This document shows positions 1 to 9,526 of a DNA stretch of 64,000 bases, one piece after another. Position numbers and translations under genes: made by a program. Each line of letters starts with the position of its first letter. Positions within the stretch are counted from its first letter, which is position 1. This DNA is from a virus. Where the stretch lies: positions 1 through 64,000 of IMG/VR virus record IMGVR_UViG_3300036985_003683. One strand, given 5' to 3'. A model generated the notes under the pieces. That model made no database searches. It saw nothing but the letters and a program-made list of their open reading frames with translations, and was not told the origin of the DNA.

Positions 1-278
1 CGTTCTCGGTAGTGACCGGCAGAGGGTTGAACTGCAACCTGCTGTGTAGTGTGTGAGTGCTGTACTGAATCGACCGACATCTGAGTCACCGCTCTGTGCT
101 GCACTTGGCAGCATCCTGTCTCACAACGCGCAGCACTCGACGTCACACAGCTCCCGGAAGAGCAACTTGACTTCTGGCTATAGCTTGACTTATGTCTGCT
201 GCGATGTCCCGCTTCACTGTCGGGCATACACAAAACCAAAGCCAAACACGCGAACACCATACTCATGAACCACTTCAT
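1..278 (-). CDS. Secreted Cys/Ser-rich protein, truncated at window edge
   Basis: Not in ORF track. AGGAG RBS then MKWFMSMVFACLALVLCMPDSEAGHRSRHKSSYSQKSSCSSGSC...; signal-peptide-like N-terminus; frame open to position 1. Confidence 0.7.
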   Translation of the reverse strand, partial: MKWFMSMVFACLALVLCMPDSEAGHRSRHKSSYSQKSSCSSGSCVTSSAARCETGCCQVQHRAVTQMSVDSVQHSHTTQQVAVQPSAGHYRE

Positions 279-369
279 CACTACACTCCTTTACGGAACG
301 ACAATCAACCGCTGGACACTCCAAACGGTCACAAACGAGCCCCACGCGGGCTTTAACTCATCAGGAAAG

Positions 370-387
370 ATTATACCCCGACGACAC
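370..387 (-). promoter_or_regulatory. Putative promoter GTGT-N7-GTATAAT
   Basis: Minus strand GTGTCGTCGGGGTATAAT in intergenic DNA; same layout at 1459 and 3423. Confidence 0.6.
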
Positions 388-391
388 TGTT

Positions 392-694
392 TTACTTCGG
401 AACGTGTATGATTTCACAGTCTGGACACGCAGCCTTGATCAACTTGATCTGCACCTCGTCGTCTTCGTAGAACTTGGTCACTCCCAACATACGAATGACG
501 AATGCCTTAAAGCGACCTCCATGTGCACGGTCACCAAACTTACCCACTCCACGGATGTAGACTGGGCACACTGAAGCGAGTTGCTTACACGTCTCATCGT
601 ACTCAGCGAAGGTACGTCCAGAGATAACCACATCGTCTGGGGCGGGTGTGAACTTACCCGTCGTAAGGACACCGTCAATGTCGTAACCGATCAT
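392..694 (-). CDS. Small HAD-superfamily phosphatase-like protein
   Basis: Motif I YDIDGVLT, motif II ISGR, motif IV FYEDD. Confidence 0.6.
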   Translation of the reverse strand: MIGYDIDGVLTTGKFTPAPDDVVISGRTFAEYDETCKQLASVCPVYIRGVGKFGDRAHGGRFKAFVIRMLGVTKFYEDDEVQIKLIKAACPDCEIIHVPK

Positions 695-725
695 CAGTTA
701 GTCCCTGATCAGAGTGAAGGTAACA

Positions 726-830
726 TCACCAATTCAAAAAGCGTCGGGCAGACTCAAATGCAAAGAAGCATACTGCCCCGATCAAGACACAGTGCCAGAA
801 GATGTCCGATCCTGATTCCCGAGAGGTCAC
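726..830 (-). CDS. Small hypothetical membrane peptide
   Basis: GTG start overlapping upstream TGA; hydrophobic WHCVLIGAVCFFAF. Confidence 0.35.
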   Translation of the reverse strand: MTSRESGSDIFWHCVLIGAVCFFAFESARRFLNW

Positions 831-988
831 GAGTCGAAACTTGTGTGAGTCCCCCCGCCACCTGTCTTCGCATTGTTGGGTGACTTGATGGCCCTTGATT
901 TGTTCAATTTGTCGCATGTCTTGCAGATCCTATTGCCCTTGTGCAGGGAGTTGAAAACTTGTTGACATCTTAAGCACTTCCGTTGCAT
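827..988 (-). CDS. Small CxxC...CxxC zinc-finger protein (53 aa)
   Basis: Not in ORF track. MQRKCLRCQQVFNSLHKGNRICKTCDK..., GAGGG RBS. Confidence 0.65.
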   Translation of the reverse strand: MQRKCLRCQQVFNSLHKGNRICKTCDKLNKSRAIKSPNNAKTGGGGTHTSFDS

Positions 989-1077
989 GTGTCCCTCACG
1001 GTCGATATCGTTAGACTGAGGTTAGGTGGGATGGCATGTCTGAGGTTAAGTCAGACTAACTGTCTAGTAGGCGTCAC

Positions 1078-1269
1078 TCATGACATGAAATCAATCAAGT
1101 GAGGGATGTCCTTCAGAAGCTCGATCTCTGCCCCAGTCAACTCCGAAGTAGGCAGCTCCTGAAGCTTCTCCAGTCGTTCCAGTTCGTTCAGGCAGAGTGG
1201 CACATCCCCCAGATGACTCATCTCCGGACGGCGTACTCGTACCTTCGCTACTAACTCTTTCCAAGTCAT
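1078..1269 (-). CDS. Hypothetical protein
   Basis: GGAGG RBS before MTWKELVAKV...; overlaps 3' half of the 1091..1444 ORF. Confidence 0.45.
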   Translation of the reverse strand: MTWKELVAKVRVRRPEMSHLGDVPLCLNELERLEKLQELPTSELTGAEIELLKDIPHLIDFMS

Positions 1270-1444
1270 AAGGCCTCCTAGCGATAGTGTGAAAGATCTC
1301 GTCCCAACCTTCACGTATGTCCTGTGCCAACTTTGCAAAGGCATCTCCCAGTCTCACGAGACCTTGTTGGAATTCAACAGTTTGGAACTGGTGCAACAAC
1401 AACCTCTGAGCTCGTTTGGAAATGTGTCGTTTAGGACGTCTCAT
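1091..1444 (-). CDS. Hypothetical protein
   Basis: GGAGA RBS and GTATAAT box upstream; long overlap with next ORF makes the 3' part doubtful. Confidence 0.4.
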   Translation of the reverse strand: MRRPKRHISKRAQRLLLHQFQTVEFQQGLVRLGDAFAKLAQDIREGWDEIFHTIARRPYDLERVSSEGTSTPSGDESSGGCATLPERTGTTGEASGAAYFGVDWGRDRASEGHPSLD

Positions 1445-1480
1445 AGTGTCTCCATGATATTATACGCGAACGACACGTCG

Positions 1481-1831
1481 TCATTCCTTAATAACCACAG
1501 CATGTCCAGCGTCCACCATCATCTGATTGAGATCTACCATGGGTGGGAGGTATACTCTGCCCAACCATCTTCCATACTTGTCGCTCTTGTTCTTGAAAGT
1601 CTGGAACCGCACGGTCAGGCCTTCTGGACAGAGGGTGCGAAGGTAGTCCGCAGCTTCGTGACCTCCAGGTTGTGAGAGCTCTCGAGCGTTCACTCCGATG
1701 AGTCGGATGGAGTCGATGCTATAATGTCTTCTGCCCAGGTCAATGTTGAGAACGATGGTGTCACCATCTGTAACAGAGATTACGCGTGCCTGATACCAGA
1801 ATTCAAAAGGGGTTTGAAAGAGGAGTGTCAA
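1481..1831 (-). CDS. Thermonuclease (SNase-like)
   Basis: VTDGDTI, IRLIGVNARE, DKYGRWLG, LNQMMVDAGHA motifs. Confidence 0.9.
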   Translation of the reverse strand: MTLLFQTPFEFWYQARVISVTDGDTIVLNIDLGRRHYSIDSIRLIGVNARELSQPGGHEAADYLRTLCPEGLTVRFQTFKNKSDKYGRWLGRVYLPPMVDLNQMMVDAGHAVVIKE

Positions 1832-1887
1832 TAGTTTGCCCCAGTTAGATATACTATAGGAGTGGGTAGGGAGTTGCTCAAGGAGAA

Positions 1888-2079
1888 TTATCCCCCCTGG
1901 CCATCCTCAAAGGACACGTCTTCAGGTTCGCATGCCTCACCATTGGGTCCCTTGAAGCGAACGAAGATGACTCTGTCGTTCCAAGAAGACAGTACTCCAA
2001 TCTCGGGGGTACAGTGTTCCCGGTGGTAACGTACATGACGACCCTTGTCTCCCTCTTGGAGGGATGCTATCTCGATCAT
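1888..2079 (-). CDS. Hypothetical protein
   Basis: 63-aa ORF in operon orientation. Confidence 0.55.
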   Translation of the reverse strand: MIEIASLQEGDKGRHVRYHREHCTPEIGVLSSWNDRVIFVRFKGPNGEACEPEDVSFEDGQGG

Positions 2080-2088
2080 GGCAGTCTC

Positions 2089-2862
2089 TTAACGGATGAT
2101 GAATCCAACCGAATCGAGTGCGAGTCTACAGTGCTCTTTCACTACGGGTTGGAAGTTTGCCCCAATGATCCATGTCAGGTATGAGGGATCTGTAAGTGCA
2201 ACGTCAGTGAGGAGTTTGTCGTGATGAACTCCAAAACCTAGGTACACTTTGCCTTCAGGATTGCGCTTCAACTTTCCATCTGAGTCCACCCAGTCTGCTG
2301 GGATACAGAACCTGTCCAATCCCTCTACAGTGTCTGGAAACTCTGGATAGTGATCCACCTGAGCCATTAGTACGTCCACAGCGGCTACAGCGTCCGGGAG
2401 GGCACTATGGGCCCCCTCGAGTTCGCGGCCGCAGTAGAACTTCAGAGCGGCTGCTAGTGTGCGTGGCTGCATCTTGAAGAAGATGCGTTGAGGATCTGCT
2501 AGGAAGCGTCCCTCTCTGCTGAAGTGCAGTCCACACCTTCGAAACTCAGCTTCCAACATGGGAAGGTCGAACATAAGCATGTTGTACCCAGTGAGGTCAC
2601 AGTCCTGCAACAGTTCGTTGATCAAAGGGGCAGCGTGAGCGAACCAAGGCTTATCTGCCACCATCTCGTCTGTGATACCGTGTATGGCTGTGGCGTTGGG
2701 TGGGATGGGTACACCTGGATTGAGGAATGTAGACCACTCAGATCGGGAGTAGTCCACGTCTATGAAGACGATGGAGATACTGACGATGCGATCCTTCTCG
2801 GTATCAGTTCCAGTTGTTTCCAAGTCGAACGAAGCCAACTTACGTAACAGTTTGAGGGGCAT
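2089..2862 (-). CDS. DEDDh 3'-5' exonuclease (DnaQ/Pol III epsilon-like)
   Basis: FDLETTG, IHGIT, GYN..FD, HSALPD motifs. Confidence 0.9.
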   Translation of the reverse strand: MPLKLLRKLASFDLETTGTDTEKDRIVSISIVFIDVDYSRSEWSTFLNPGVPIPPNATAIHGITDEMVADKPWFAHAAPLINELLQDCDLTGYNMLMFDLPMLEAEFRRCGLHFSREGRFLADPQRIFFKMQPRTLAAALKFYCGRELEGAHSALPDAVAAVDVLMAQVDHYPEFPDTVEGLDRFCIPADWVDSDGKLKRNPEGKVYLGFGVHHDKLLTDVALTDPSYLTWIIGANFQPVVKEHCRLALDSVGFIIR

Positions 2863-3418
2863 TATCTTCCCATTCCATTAGGGCGGTTTCAAGAAGTTCG
2901 AACCAGTCACCACAGACGCTGAAGCGTTCATTCCACAGACGTGGGAATTGAAATGCTGCACCTCCCGCTGACTTGAACGTAGTGCAGTTAGTCAGCTTGT
3001 CATCGATCAAAAACGTGTCAGGTGAAGCGCAGAACTTCTTGTCACTCAAGATGGCCGTGCGTTGTTGGTATCCCTTAGGCAGATGTTGCCTTACCCAATA
3101 GCGCTTACCATCACTACATCCTAGAGTGAGCACAGGTGCAGTCAGGATACCTACGTTGTCACGTCCAACTATCCTTTCGCACAGCTTCACTATTGCGTCA
3201 CACTCAGGGTGGTTGGGTAGGTTAGCCCAAAATGCAAAATCCAGTCGAGGGTAGAACTCGGCTGGAGGAATGTTCCACATAGTCTGTGGAAAGTGATGGT
3301 TGGGATCTGATCCCCAAAAGAATGCGTCTGCAAAGGGATCGGGCTTGTTGAAGAGCTTACAGATTCCCTTGGTACAGTCAGCGAGTACGCCGTCCAGATC
3401 GATTAGTATTCGTTTCAT
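2840..3418 (-). CDS. 5'(3')-deoxyribonucleotidase, HAD family
   Basis: IDLDGVLAD, ILTAP, GKRYW, LIDD motifs. Confidence 0.8.
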   Translation of the reverse strand: MKRILIDLDGVLADCTKGICKLFNKPDPFADAFFWGSDPNHHFPQTMWNIPPAEFYPRLDFAFWANLPNHPECDAIVKLCERIVGRDNVGILTAPVLTLGCSDGKRYWVRQHLPKGYQQRTAILSDKKFCASPDTFLIDDKLTNCTTFKSAGGAAFQFPRLWNERFSVCGDWFELLETALMEWEDNAPQTVT

Positions 3419-3439
3419 GGAAATTATACGAACAAGACA

Positions 3440-3670
3440 CTAAGACAAGCCCTCAATTTCTAGGAGCCTACCTGGATCACCCATAACCACTTCCCACTTC
3501 AGAATCCAAGCGATAGTAGGTTCACCATTGACTTCCACTCCCTCGAGGGTTTGCCAATGTTCACGAGCCTTATTCTGCCCTGAGTAGAGTCCCTGGATGG
3601 TGAGCTGGTATTGCCCGTCTTCTCCAGGGGCTAGGGCCGTCACTACGTAAACTGCTATGGGGTTGGCCAC
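3440..3670 (-). CDS. Hypothetical protein
   Basis: ORF abutting the portal stop codon. Confidence 0.55.
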   Translation of the reverse strand: MANPIAVYVVTALAPGEDGQYQLTIQGLYSGQNKAREHWQTLEGVEVNGEPTIAWILKWEVVMGDPGRLLEIEGLS

Positions 3671-5506
3671 TTACTGAGGTCCTTCCAACTTATCGAGTAA
3701 GCGTGACATCAGCGATTCGAGTCGTTCCAACCTGACTGTAACATCCTCTCCGGGAGTAGAGTCCATAGCCGCCTTGGCAGGCTTCGTAGCAGCCTTCTTG
3801 GCAGCTGGCTTGGGTGGAACTGTAGGCTTGACGACAGGTTTGAGCTTAGCAGCCTCTATCTGAGCTTTTCTGTTCTGCTCTTGTTGGGCCTCTGTGGAAG
3901 CAATCTGCTCGCGTTGTACTTCAACTTGCACTTCAGCCTTAGCTGAGTCGTTCTCGATCTGTGCAGTCTGTGTACGCTCGTTAGCAGCTACCTGTTCCTT
4001 CAGTGCTTCTACTTGTCCCTTTTGAGCGTCTGCCACCTTCTGCTTCTGTTTCATGATGGTCTCGTAGTCAGGTAGATCGCGTCTCTGTTGTGTGTTGACA
4101 TTCAACTGTCGCAACAGAGCAACTACGTCTACTATGCGTGAAGTGTCCAGAGCTCCCACTCGAGCTTCTGACTTGATCACTTCCAGTAGGAGTTGCTCCA
4201 ACAGGTCCTTACGTTCACCGATCTTCACCAGAGTATCGATCGAACACGGTGGAGCGTCTGGACCAAAGTTGTGAGAGACTAACTCTGGAATCAACCAGCG
4301 ATTGACGTGTTGCAACACTTCCTCAAGGATGAGTGTGAGCATTCCGATGAAGGTGTCAGTGTGAGCACGTGCCATACCGTAGGTACCCGCAGTGCCACCC
4401 TTCTCAACTACCATTTCTGGAATGAGCATCCCGCGTAGTTTGAGAGTCTGGAGATGTGTGATGTACGCAATGAACATTTCACCGCGCTTATCATCTGCCA
4501 TGTACTCCACATCCCATAGGGGACGTTCACTACGACCTTCACCCTGAGTCTCCGAAGGCAGTACGATCACACCTTCTGAGATGAGAGTTTCGAGCATGGA
4601 ACTGAAAACTTCCACACCAGTAACAACTTGACCGTTACTGTCTGTGACCGCTGTAGGTGCACGGCCCTTGATAGGTGGAGTTGCCTTACGCTCGTAGTAC
4701 CTGTTACAGAACAGGTACATAATGTCACACCAATACCACGGATCGTAGATCTGGTCTACGACTGATGTACCTCGAAGGTTTCCGAACTCCTTGTCGTGTG
4801 TCACCAGCCAGGATCGTTCAGCTGGAAGAATACCCCCACCACCGAAACCATATGACAGACCAAAGTAGTCGCCAGAGGTACCATCCACCTTCAGGTCTGT
4901 GTACTCAGGATCTAAGTCACAGACATCCGCTAGGATAGTAGCGTTGTGGAAGGTCTCCACATAGGGCTGAGAGTCTCCACCGTCAGGTTCAACAGTGAAC
5001 TCCACCTTGACATTGTTCTTCCACACCTTCTCATGGGCTATGAAGCCAAACTCGAGAGACTTGAGAGCTGTGTATACTGCCCTTCTGAGGATGCCTCCAG
5101 ACTCGTTCATCAGAACCTGATGGATGAATCCCCGAATGACTGGGTCCTTGCAGTCTACACGGATGGACTCGAACGAAGCCATCACAGGGGCCTTGATCGC
5201 AGCGAGTCCCAATGCTACTTGTGGATCTTTGCGGATCCTCTTTCGCAGTGTCATGGACAACTCATCACTCCCAGTAGGGACTGATGTAGGACCTGCTTGT
5301 CCCAATATCGTAGGACTGAGACCCAGTTGGCGACCTTCGGGCGGCTTAGACTTGGATCGCTTAGCTTTCCCGAATTGGTATCTCCCTGGTGAAGTTGTGT
5401 GTGCAAACTGTCTCAGCTTGTTCACATCTTCAATTTGGAGGAAGTCACCTACACTTGGTGGTCTCCCATTGACCCTGTTGATGATACTCTGTGGAGCCCT
5501 AATCAC
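3671..5506 (-). CDS. Portal protein (DUF935/Mu gp29-like)
   Basis: Directly follows terL; FGFIAHEKVW, GTYGMARAH, VNRWLIPELVSHNFG motifs; long C-terminal coiled coil. Confidence 0.85.
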   Translation of the reverse strand: MIRAPQSIINRVNGRPPSVGDFLQIEDVNKLRQFAHTTSPGRYQFGKAKRSKSKPPEGRQLGLSPTILGQAGPTSVPTGSDELSMTLRKRIRKDPQVALGLAAIKAPVMASFESIRVDCKDPVIRGFIHQVLMNESGGILRRAVYTALKSLEFGFIAHEKVWKNNVKVEFTVEPDGGDSQPYVETFHNATILADVCDLDPEYTDLKVDGTSGDYFGLSYGFGGGGILPAERSWLVTHDKEFGNLRGTSVVDQIYDPWYWCDIMYLFCNRYYERKATPPIKGRAPTAVTDSNGQVVTGVEVFSSMLETLISEGVIVLPSETQGEGRSERPLWDVEYMADDKRGEMFIAYITHLQTLKLRGMLIPEMVVEKGGTAGTYGMARAHTDTFIGMLTLILEEVLQHVNRWLIPELVSHNFGPDAPPCSIDTLVKIGERKDLLEQLLLEVIKSEARVGALDTSRIVDVVALLRQLNVNTQQRRDLPDYETIMKQKQKVADAQKGQVEALKEQVAANERTQTAQIENDSAKAEVQVEVQREQIASTEAQQEQNRKAQIEAAKLKPVVKPTVPPKPAAKKAATKPAKAAMDSTPGEDVTVRLERLESLMSRLLDKLEGPQ

Positions 5507-7147
5507 TTACCCACCTCCGAACTGTTTCTTGCCCGAGTAACCAGATCCGAATACATTATTTCTGCCCTGGAATGAACTACCACGACCACTCCCACCGAAT
5601 ATGCCCGGTACCACTAATCCCTGTCCGTGCTTAGAGGCAGCGTTCGCAAACCACAGGGACATGACGCAGTCTGTATTAGCACCGTGTGGGTACTCAAGGA
5701 GTTCTCTGATCAATACGACGTGTGGAACCTCAGAGGAGGCGGTGTACTCCCTCTCAGAGATGTATTCGCGTAATGGGAACACCCAAGCGTCATTTTCGAA
5801 TTCGATAGACAGTCCGGGCAGACCATCCAATGGATCAGCTTTTTGCTTGCCGGTAGTGAATCCCCGTAGGGGTACATCCACACCATGGAGTGACCTTATC
5901 AGCTCCAACATAGTAGCCTGGGCAGCGTTGTTTTCAACAAAGCCCATACGGCACTTGTATGTGGTAAACATCTCAAAGATGGTATGTGCAGTCTTTGCAG
6001 ACCAACCCCACTGTCCACGCTTGACAGCTAGTAGCGCCTTCTTACCCGTACGAGGGTCACGAGCTATCACAGTGACCACAGTACCTGGACGTTGATCGCT
6101 CGACAAGTCCGCACCTAGGAATCTAGGCCACTCCTCTGGAACGTCACGTGTAGACATATCCCAACGACATGCAGCCTCGATATGCTCGGCATTGAACAGA
6201 GTGTCGTCATCGGAGTAGGGTCTCTGCCTGAGCCCTCGGTTGAATGAGCGAATCCCCAGTCGTGACGCTCTTAGGATGACCTGATGTCTAGGCCACTTCT
6301 CTTTCCAATGGTCCAGAAAGCGTGGTTGGTCTTTCCTCACTACGGAAATGTAATGACGGTACTCCGGGGGAGGTTCTACAATTCGATCAAAATCGTCGGT
6401 GATAGCTTGAACAACGAACCTCCAAGTGTCTTTCTGAAGCTGTTCGTGTGTAGCGTCGTGTTTGTGCCACCTAGTAGCGATCCAGAAGGACTTACCATGA
6501 GGCTCAATACGCGAACTCCACACATTATTGATCTTCCCAATACGTGACTTACGTGTAGTTTCGGAGTCGGAGTCCTTCTGGTCAACAGGGTCGTCATAGA
6601 TCATAATGTCGAAGCGAGAACCAGTACCTGTACTGTCGATACCGTACGCTTCAACTGTTCCTTCAGGAGCGATGACGTCACGTTCAACTTCCAATCGGTG
6701 ATCGTTCCAAGGCCTGTCCTTACCTGGAACCACCCAAGGGAATACCTTGTGGTACTCTTGGCTGCCCTTGATGTACATACCAATGGAGTTGGTTCGCTTA
6801 GATGCGTTACCGTCTGCGTTACATACCAGACCAATTCGCAGATTACGACCTAGGTAGTTCCAATCTGACTTGGTCTCGTCCCATACTCGCTGCCCTATCA
6901 GGAATAGTGGAAGAGCTACAGCGACCACTGAGGACTTACCATACCCCCACATGGAAAGGATTCCACAGTCGTACTGGGATCCCATACAGAACTTGATGTG
7001 GTCACACCAAGACTTATGCACGTCCGAGAGGTCGATAGTCTCACCAGTATGTGAATCCTTGATCACATACTCCATGAAGTGTGGGAAGCTAATACGTGCC
7101 AACTCTATCTTACTGTCCTCAAGCTCCTTCTCCATACGAGCCCGCAT
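5507..7147 (-). CDS. terL: Terminase large subunit
   Basis: Walker A GYGKSS, TGSRFDIMIYDDP, TRWH..D, nuclease GADL, ENNAAQ, DCVMSLW. Confidence 0.92.
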   Translation of the reverse strand: MRARMEKELEDSKIELARISFPHFMEYVIKDSHTGETIDLSDVHKSWCDHIKFCMGSQYDCGILSMWGYGKSSVVAVALPLFLIGQRVWDETKSDWNYLGRNLRIGLVCNADGNASKRTNSIGMYIKGSQEYHKVFPWVVPGKDRPWNDHRLEVERDVIAPEGTVEAYGIDSTGTGSRFDIMIYDDPVDQKDSDSETTRKSRIGKINNVWSSRIEPHGKSFWIATRWHKHDATHEQLQKDTWRFVVQAITDDFDRIVEPPPEYRHYISVVRKDQPRFLDHWKEKWPRHQVILRASRLGIRSFNRGLRQRPYSDDDTLFNAEHIEAACRWDMSTRDVPEEWPRFLGADLSSDQRPGTVVTVIARDPRTGKKALLAVKRGQWGWSAKTAHTIFEMFTTYKCRMGFVENNAAQATMLELIRSLHGVDVPLRGFTTGKQKADPLDGLPGLSIEFENDAWVFPLREYISEREYTASSEVPHVVLIRELLEYPHGANTDCVMSLWFANAASKHGQGLVVPGIFGGSGRGSSFQGRNNVFGSGYSGKKQFGGG

Positions 7148-7223
7148 AGTAGCAGCTTCGTTGTGAACTGCTAATGCTGACTCTACGTCAAGTGGCTCTG
7201 GAGTAGGTTCAGTAATGGTACAC

Positions 7224-7838
7224 CTATTGGCGCTTGGTAGATGTGAGTGGCATAGGCATGGAAGACATTTCCGACACTTGTTTCTTCAGTTGGGACAACT
7301 CATCGCCCAATTCACGACACTTGGCTAACTCTTCACTCGTGATCTGTAGAAGGTTCACCTGGTCGGCTGTGATGTGTACTCCTCGATTGTCGTCGAGAAG
7401 TTTGTTCTTGGTAGCTTCCATGAAGCCGAATCTGACACTTAACTCTGCCAGGATCTGGAGATCCCTCGTGAGAGCGTTAGACAGTGAGGTAGTGTCGCGA
7501 TCGACGGCTTGGACCCCTCGAGCGGTTTGGTATCGGACAGAGCGCTGATACCTTATCTGGTCCAATTCGACCTTCTGACGTAGTGCAGTTAGAATACCAT
7601 CTGCTGTCTTTAGATCCGGCGTCTCTCCATGACGTTCGTACCAGCACCTACCGTCGGCTTCTTCCATAGCCTTGGGGCAGTTATCGAGAGCTGCACATCT
7701 GCTACATTCCAACACGACTAGAGGGTTACTTACCCAAGCACCAGACCTCACGGCGTTGGTGTTATTGGGTCGCGACATGATCTCACCCTTACGGAGATCG
7801 CTGCTGCCGTTTTGCTGTTTCTCTTGTGTTGCTGACAT
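7224..7838 (-). CDS. Probable terminase small subunit
   Basis: Immediately upstream of terL; PNNTNAVRSG resembles the GNxNAxKHG motif; helical C-terminus. Confidence 0.55.
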   Translation of the reverse strand: MSATQEKQQNGSSDLRKGEIMSRPNNTNAVRSGAWVSNPLVVLECSRCAALDNCPKAMEEADGRCWYERHGETPDLKTADGILTALRQKVELDQIRYQRSVRYQTARGVQAVDRDTTSLSNALTRDLQILAELSVRFGFMEATKNKLLDDNRGVHITADQVNLLQITSEELAKCRELGDELSQLKKQVSEMSSMPMPLTSTKRQ

Positions 7839-8079
7839 TTGTAGTTAGACACTCCTCGAGTACGTCTATCACAGTAGACGTACGCACTCCCATTCGCTCG
7901 GATATACCCACTGGAGTCAGTCCCTGATCGTACAGTCCTACTATCTGAGCGGTTGGTTTCTTGGCACCCTCATATCCCCGCAACTGTGGAAAGTATACTA
8001 CCTTTCCACCAAACTTGGCTAACAACTGCAGTGCACAATCGTTACCCACTACTGCAACTAACTCTTCGAAAAAAGTCAC
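7789..8079 (-). CDS. Mor/C-family transcription activator
   Basis: ELVAVVG...ALQLLAKFGGKVVYFP plus C-terminal HTH. Confidence 0.75.
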   Translation of the reverse strand: MTFFEELVAVVGNDCALQLLAKFGGKVVYFPQLRGYEGAKKPTAQIVGLYDQGLTPVGISERMGVRTSTVIDVLEECLTTNVSNTRETAKRQQRSP

Positions 8080-8097
8080 AGAACGACTCCCTAATCA

Positions 8098-8637
8098 TTA
8101 TACCCGTGATTGCGGAGCCTCTACGTGAAGTTCTGAAGTGCGTGTGGTCTGGGATCCCTGATACTTGCCCTTGTACAGGCGGTCGATCTTGCCGCACGGT
8201 AGGTGGTAGGACAGCTGGGCGATCTGGGCCAGAGGGTAGATCCAGATGGGGACGATACAAGAGATCTCAAGCGTCCAGGTCCCGCAGTAGCCGATGTCAC
8301 CAAACCCTCCAGTCTGGTGAATGCACAGTCCTAACCGCGCAGTAGAACTCCTTCCGTCGATCTGAGGGATGAGGTTGTGCGTCTCAGTGTACTCGAGTGT
8401 CTGCCCCAGGAGGAGTTCTCCAGGTTTCAGAAGGTAGGGTTCGTCCTCTCGAAGTACGAAGTGCTCCCCGTCCGCAGGCTTCCGAAGATCAAGGGTATCC
8501 GAGGGTCTATATCTGATAAAGTCCTGGGCTAGTCTGAGATTGTAAGAGTTTGGGTTCAGTTGGTCTTCTGAGAACGGCCGGATTAGGATATCTCCCCCCA
8601 GGCGTTTCATAATTTCGTTTGCAGTTAACAGTGACAC
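8098..8637 (-). CDS. dcd: dCTP deaminase
   Basis: QLNPNSYNLRL, GRSSTARLG, GDIGYCGTWTLE, YKGKYQG. Confidence 0.93.
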   Translation of the reverse strand: MSLLTANEIMKRLGGDILIRPFSEDQLNPNSYNLRLAQDFIRYRPSDTLDLRKPADGEHFVLREDEPYLLKPGELLLGQTLEYTETHNLIPQIDGRSSTARLGLCIHQTGGFGDIGYCGTWTLEISCIVPIWIYPLAQIAQLSYHLPCGKIDRLYKGKYQGSQTTRTSELHVEAPQSRV

Positions 8638-8650
8638 AGAAAATCCCCCG

Positions 8651-8673
8651 TTTATACCAACGTATACAGTTGG
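8651..8673. repeat. 23-bp element, copy 1 (operator/promoter candidate)
   Basis: TTTATACCAACGTATACAGTTGG identical to 39309-39331; contains inverted repeat CCAAC-N7-GTTGG. Confidence 0.85.
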
Positions 8674-8702
8674 ATCGTTAATAGGTCAACATAAAACCGT
8701 TG

Positions 8703-9254
8703 CTACGATTCCTCGAAATTCCGAGAAAACGACAGAAGGAACTCACTCAGAAGTGCGATATGCATGTGGGAGGTTCCCCACTTAAAGCGTGCTCCGTGGA
8801 GGGGCTCCCTCACCTGTGTGAGGGGGGAACCTTCTAGGCGCTCACCCATGTCAGTGTGATACATGACGAAATCTGCTGTGAAATTGCGAGAAAACACCAC
8901 TAGGGGGACCTTATTCCACCGCTCTGAATCTCCCAAACTCTGTGCCCACCAAGTGGCAAAGATGTTGGAACCGTTACCACGGACCAGTTGTGTGAAGTCC
9001 CATCCCTCCTCCTTCTTACACTCCACACTAAAGGGAAATGCAGAATCGATACTAGGGGGTGCAGTGTGCAACAAGCATGCCACGTCTCCGTGTACTAATC
9101 TGTCGGAATGACCCACAACTTGCATGTTCTTAGTGCGAACAAAGGTACCACGTTGCCACCAAGACGTCAGCACTTTGCACACCTTGCCCTCGAACTCTGC
9201 CCCTTTCTCCTTGGACATCCTACCCGGATTATTGGACTTGCGTTTCATGATCAC
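8703..9254 (-). CDS. Holliday junction resolvase (Hjc-like PD-(D/E)xK)
   Basis: SKEKGAEFE, GD, SVECK motifs. Confidence 0.75.
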   Translation of the reverse strand: MIMKRKSNNPGRMSKEKGAEFEGKVCKVLTSWWQRGTFVRTKNMQVVGHSDRLVHGDVACLLHTAPPSIDSAFPFSVECKKEEGWDFTQLVRGNGSNIFATWWAQSLGDSERWNKVPLVVFSRNFTADFVMYHTDMGERLEGSPLTQVREPLHGARFKWGTSHMHIALLSEFLLSFSRNFEES

Positions 9255-9526
9255 TCCAGTTTCAAATCACGTGCGTGTATCTGGTGAGTCACCAATGGTA
9301 ACAGATTGGGTCTACCAGTAGCCTTCTGTACCAAGTACATATTGAGAGACGTCAGAAGTTCCGAAACGACTTGTAACAGCGTATCGGAAAACGTGTAAGT
9401 GTCTCCATCCAAATGGGTCAACTTGAGAATGGACTTGAACAGGGTAGCGTCAGCTCGGAAGACTACCCAGTTATCACCTTTGCGACGTATCCTCACAGAG
9501 GTACATCTAATGCGATTGAGGGCCAT
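9251..9526 (-). CDS. Hypothetical protein
   Basis: Overlapping start/stop with neighbours. Confidence 0.55.
   Translation of the reverse strand: MALNRIRCTSVRIRRKGDNWVVFRADATLFKSILKLTHLDGDTYTFSDTLLQVVSELLTSLNMYLVQKATGRPNLLPLVTHQIHARDLKLE

Noticed and set aside
320-365. CTGATGAG on the minus strand resembling a hammerhead ribozyme core
   Set aside because: The required GAAA after stem II is absent (reads CTCGTTT)
1-3700. Apparent abundance of CTAG
   Set aside because: A rough count over the first 3.6 kb was not above chance expectation
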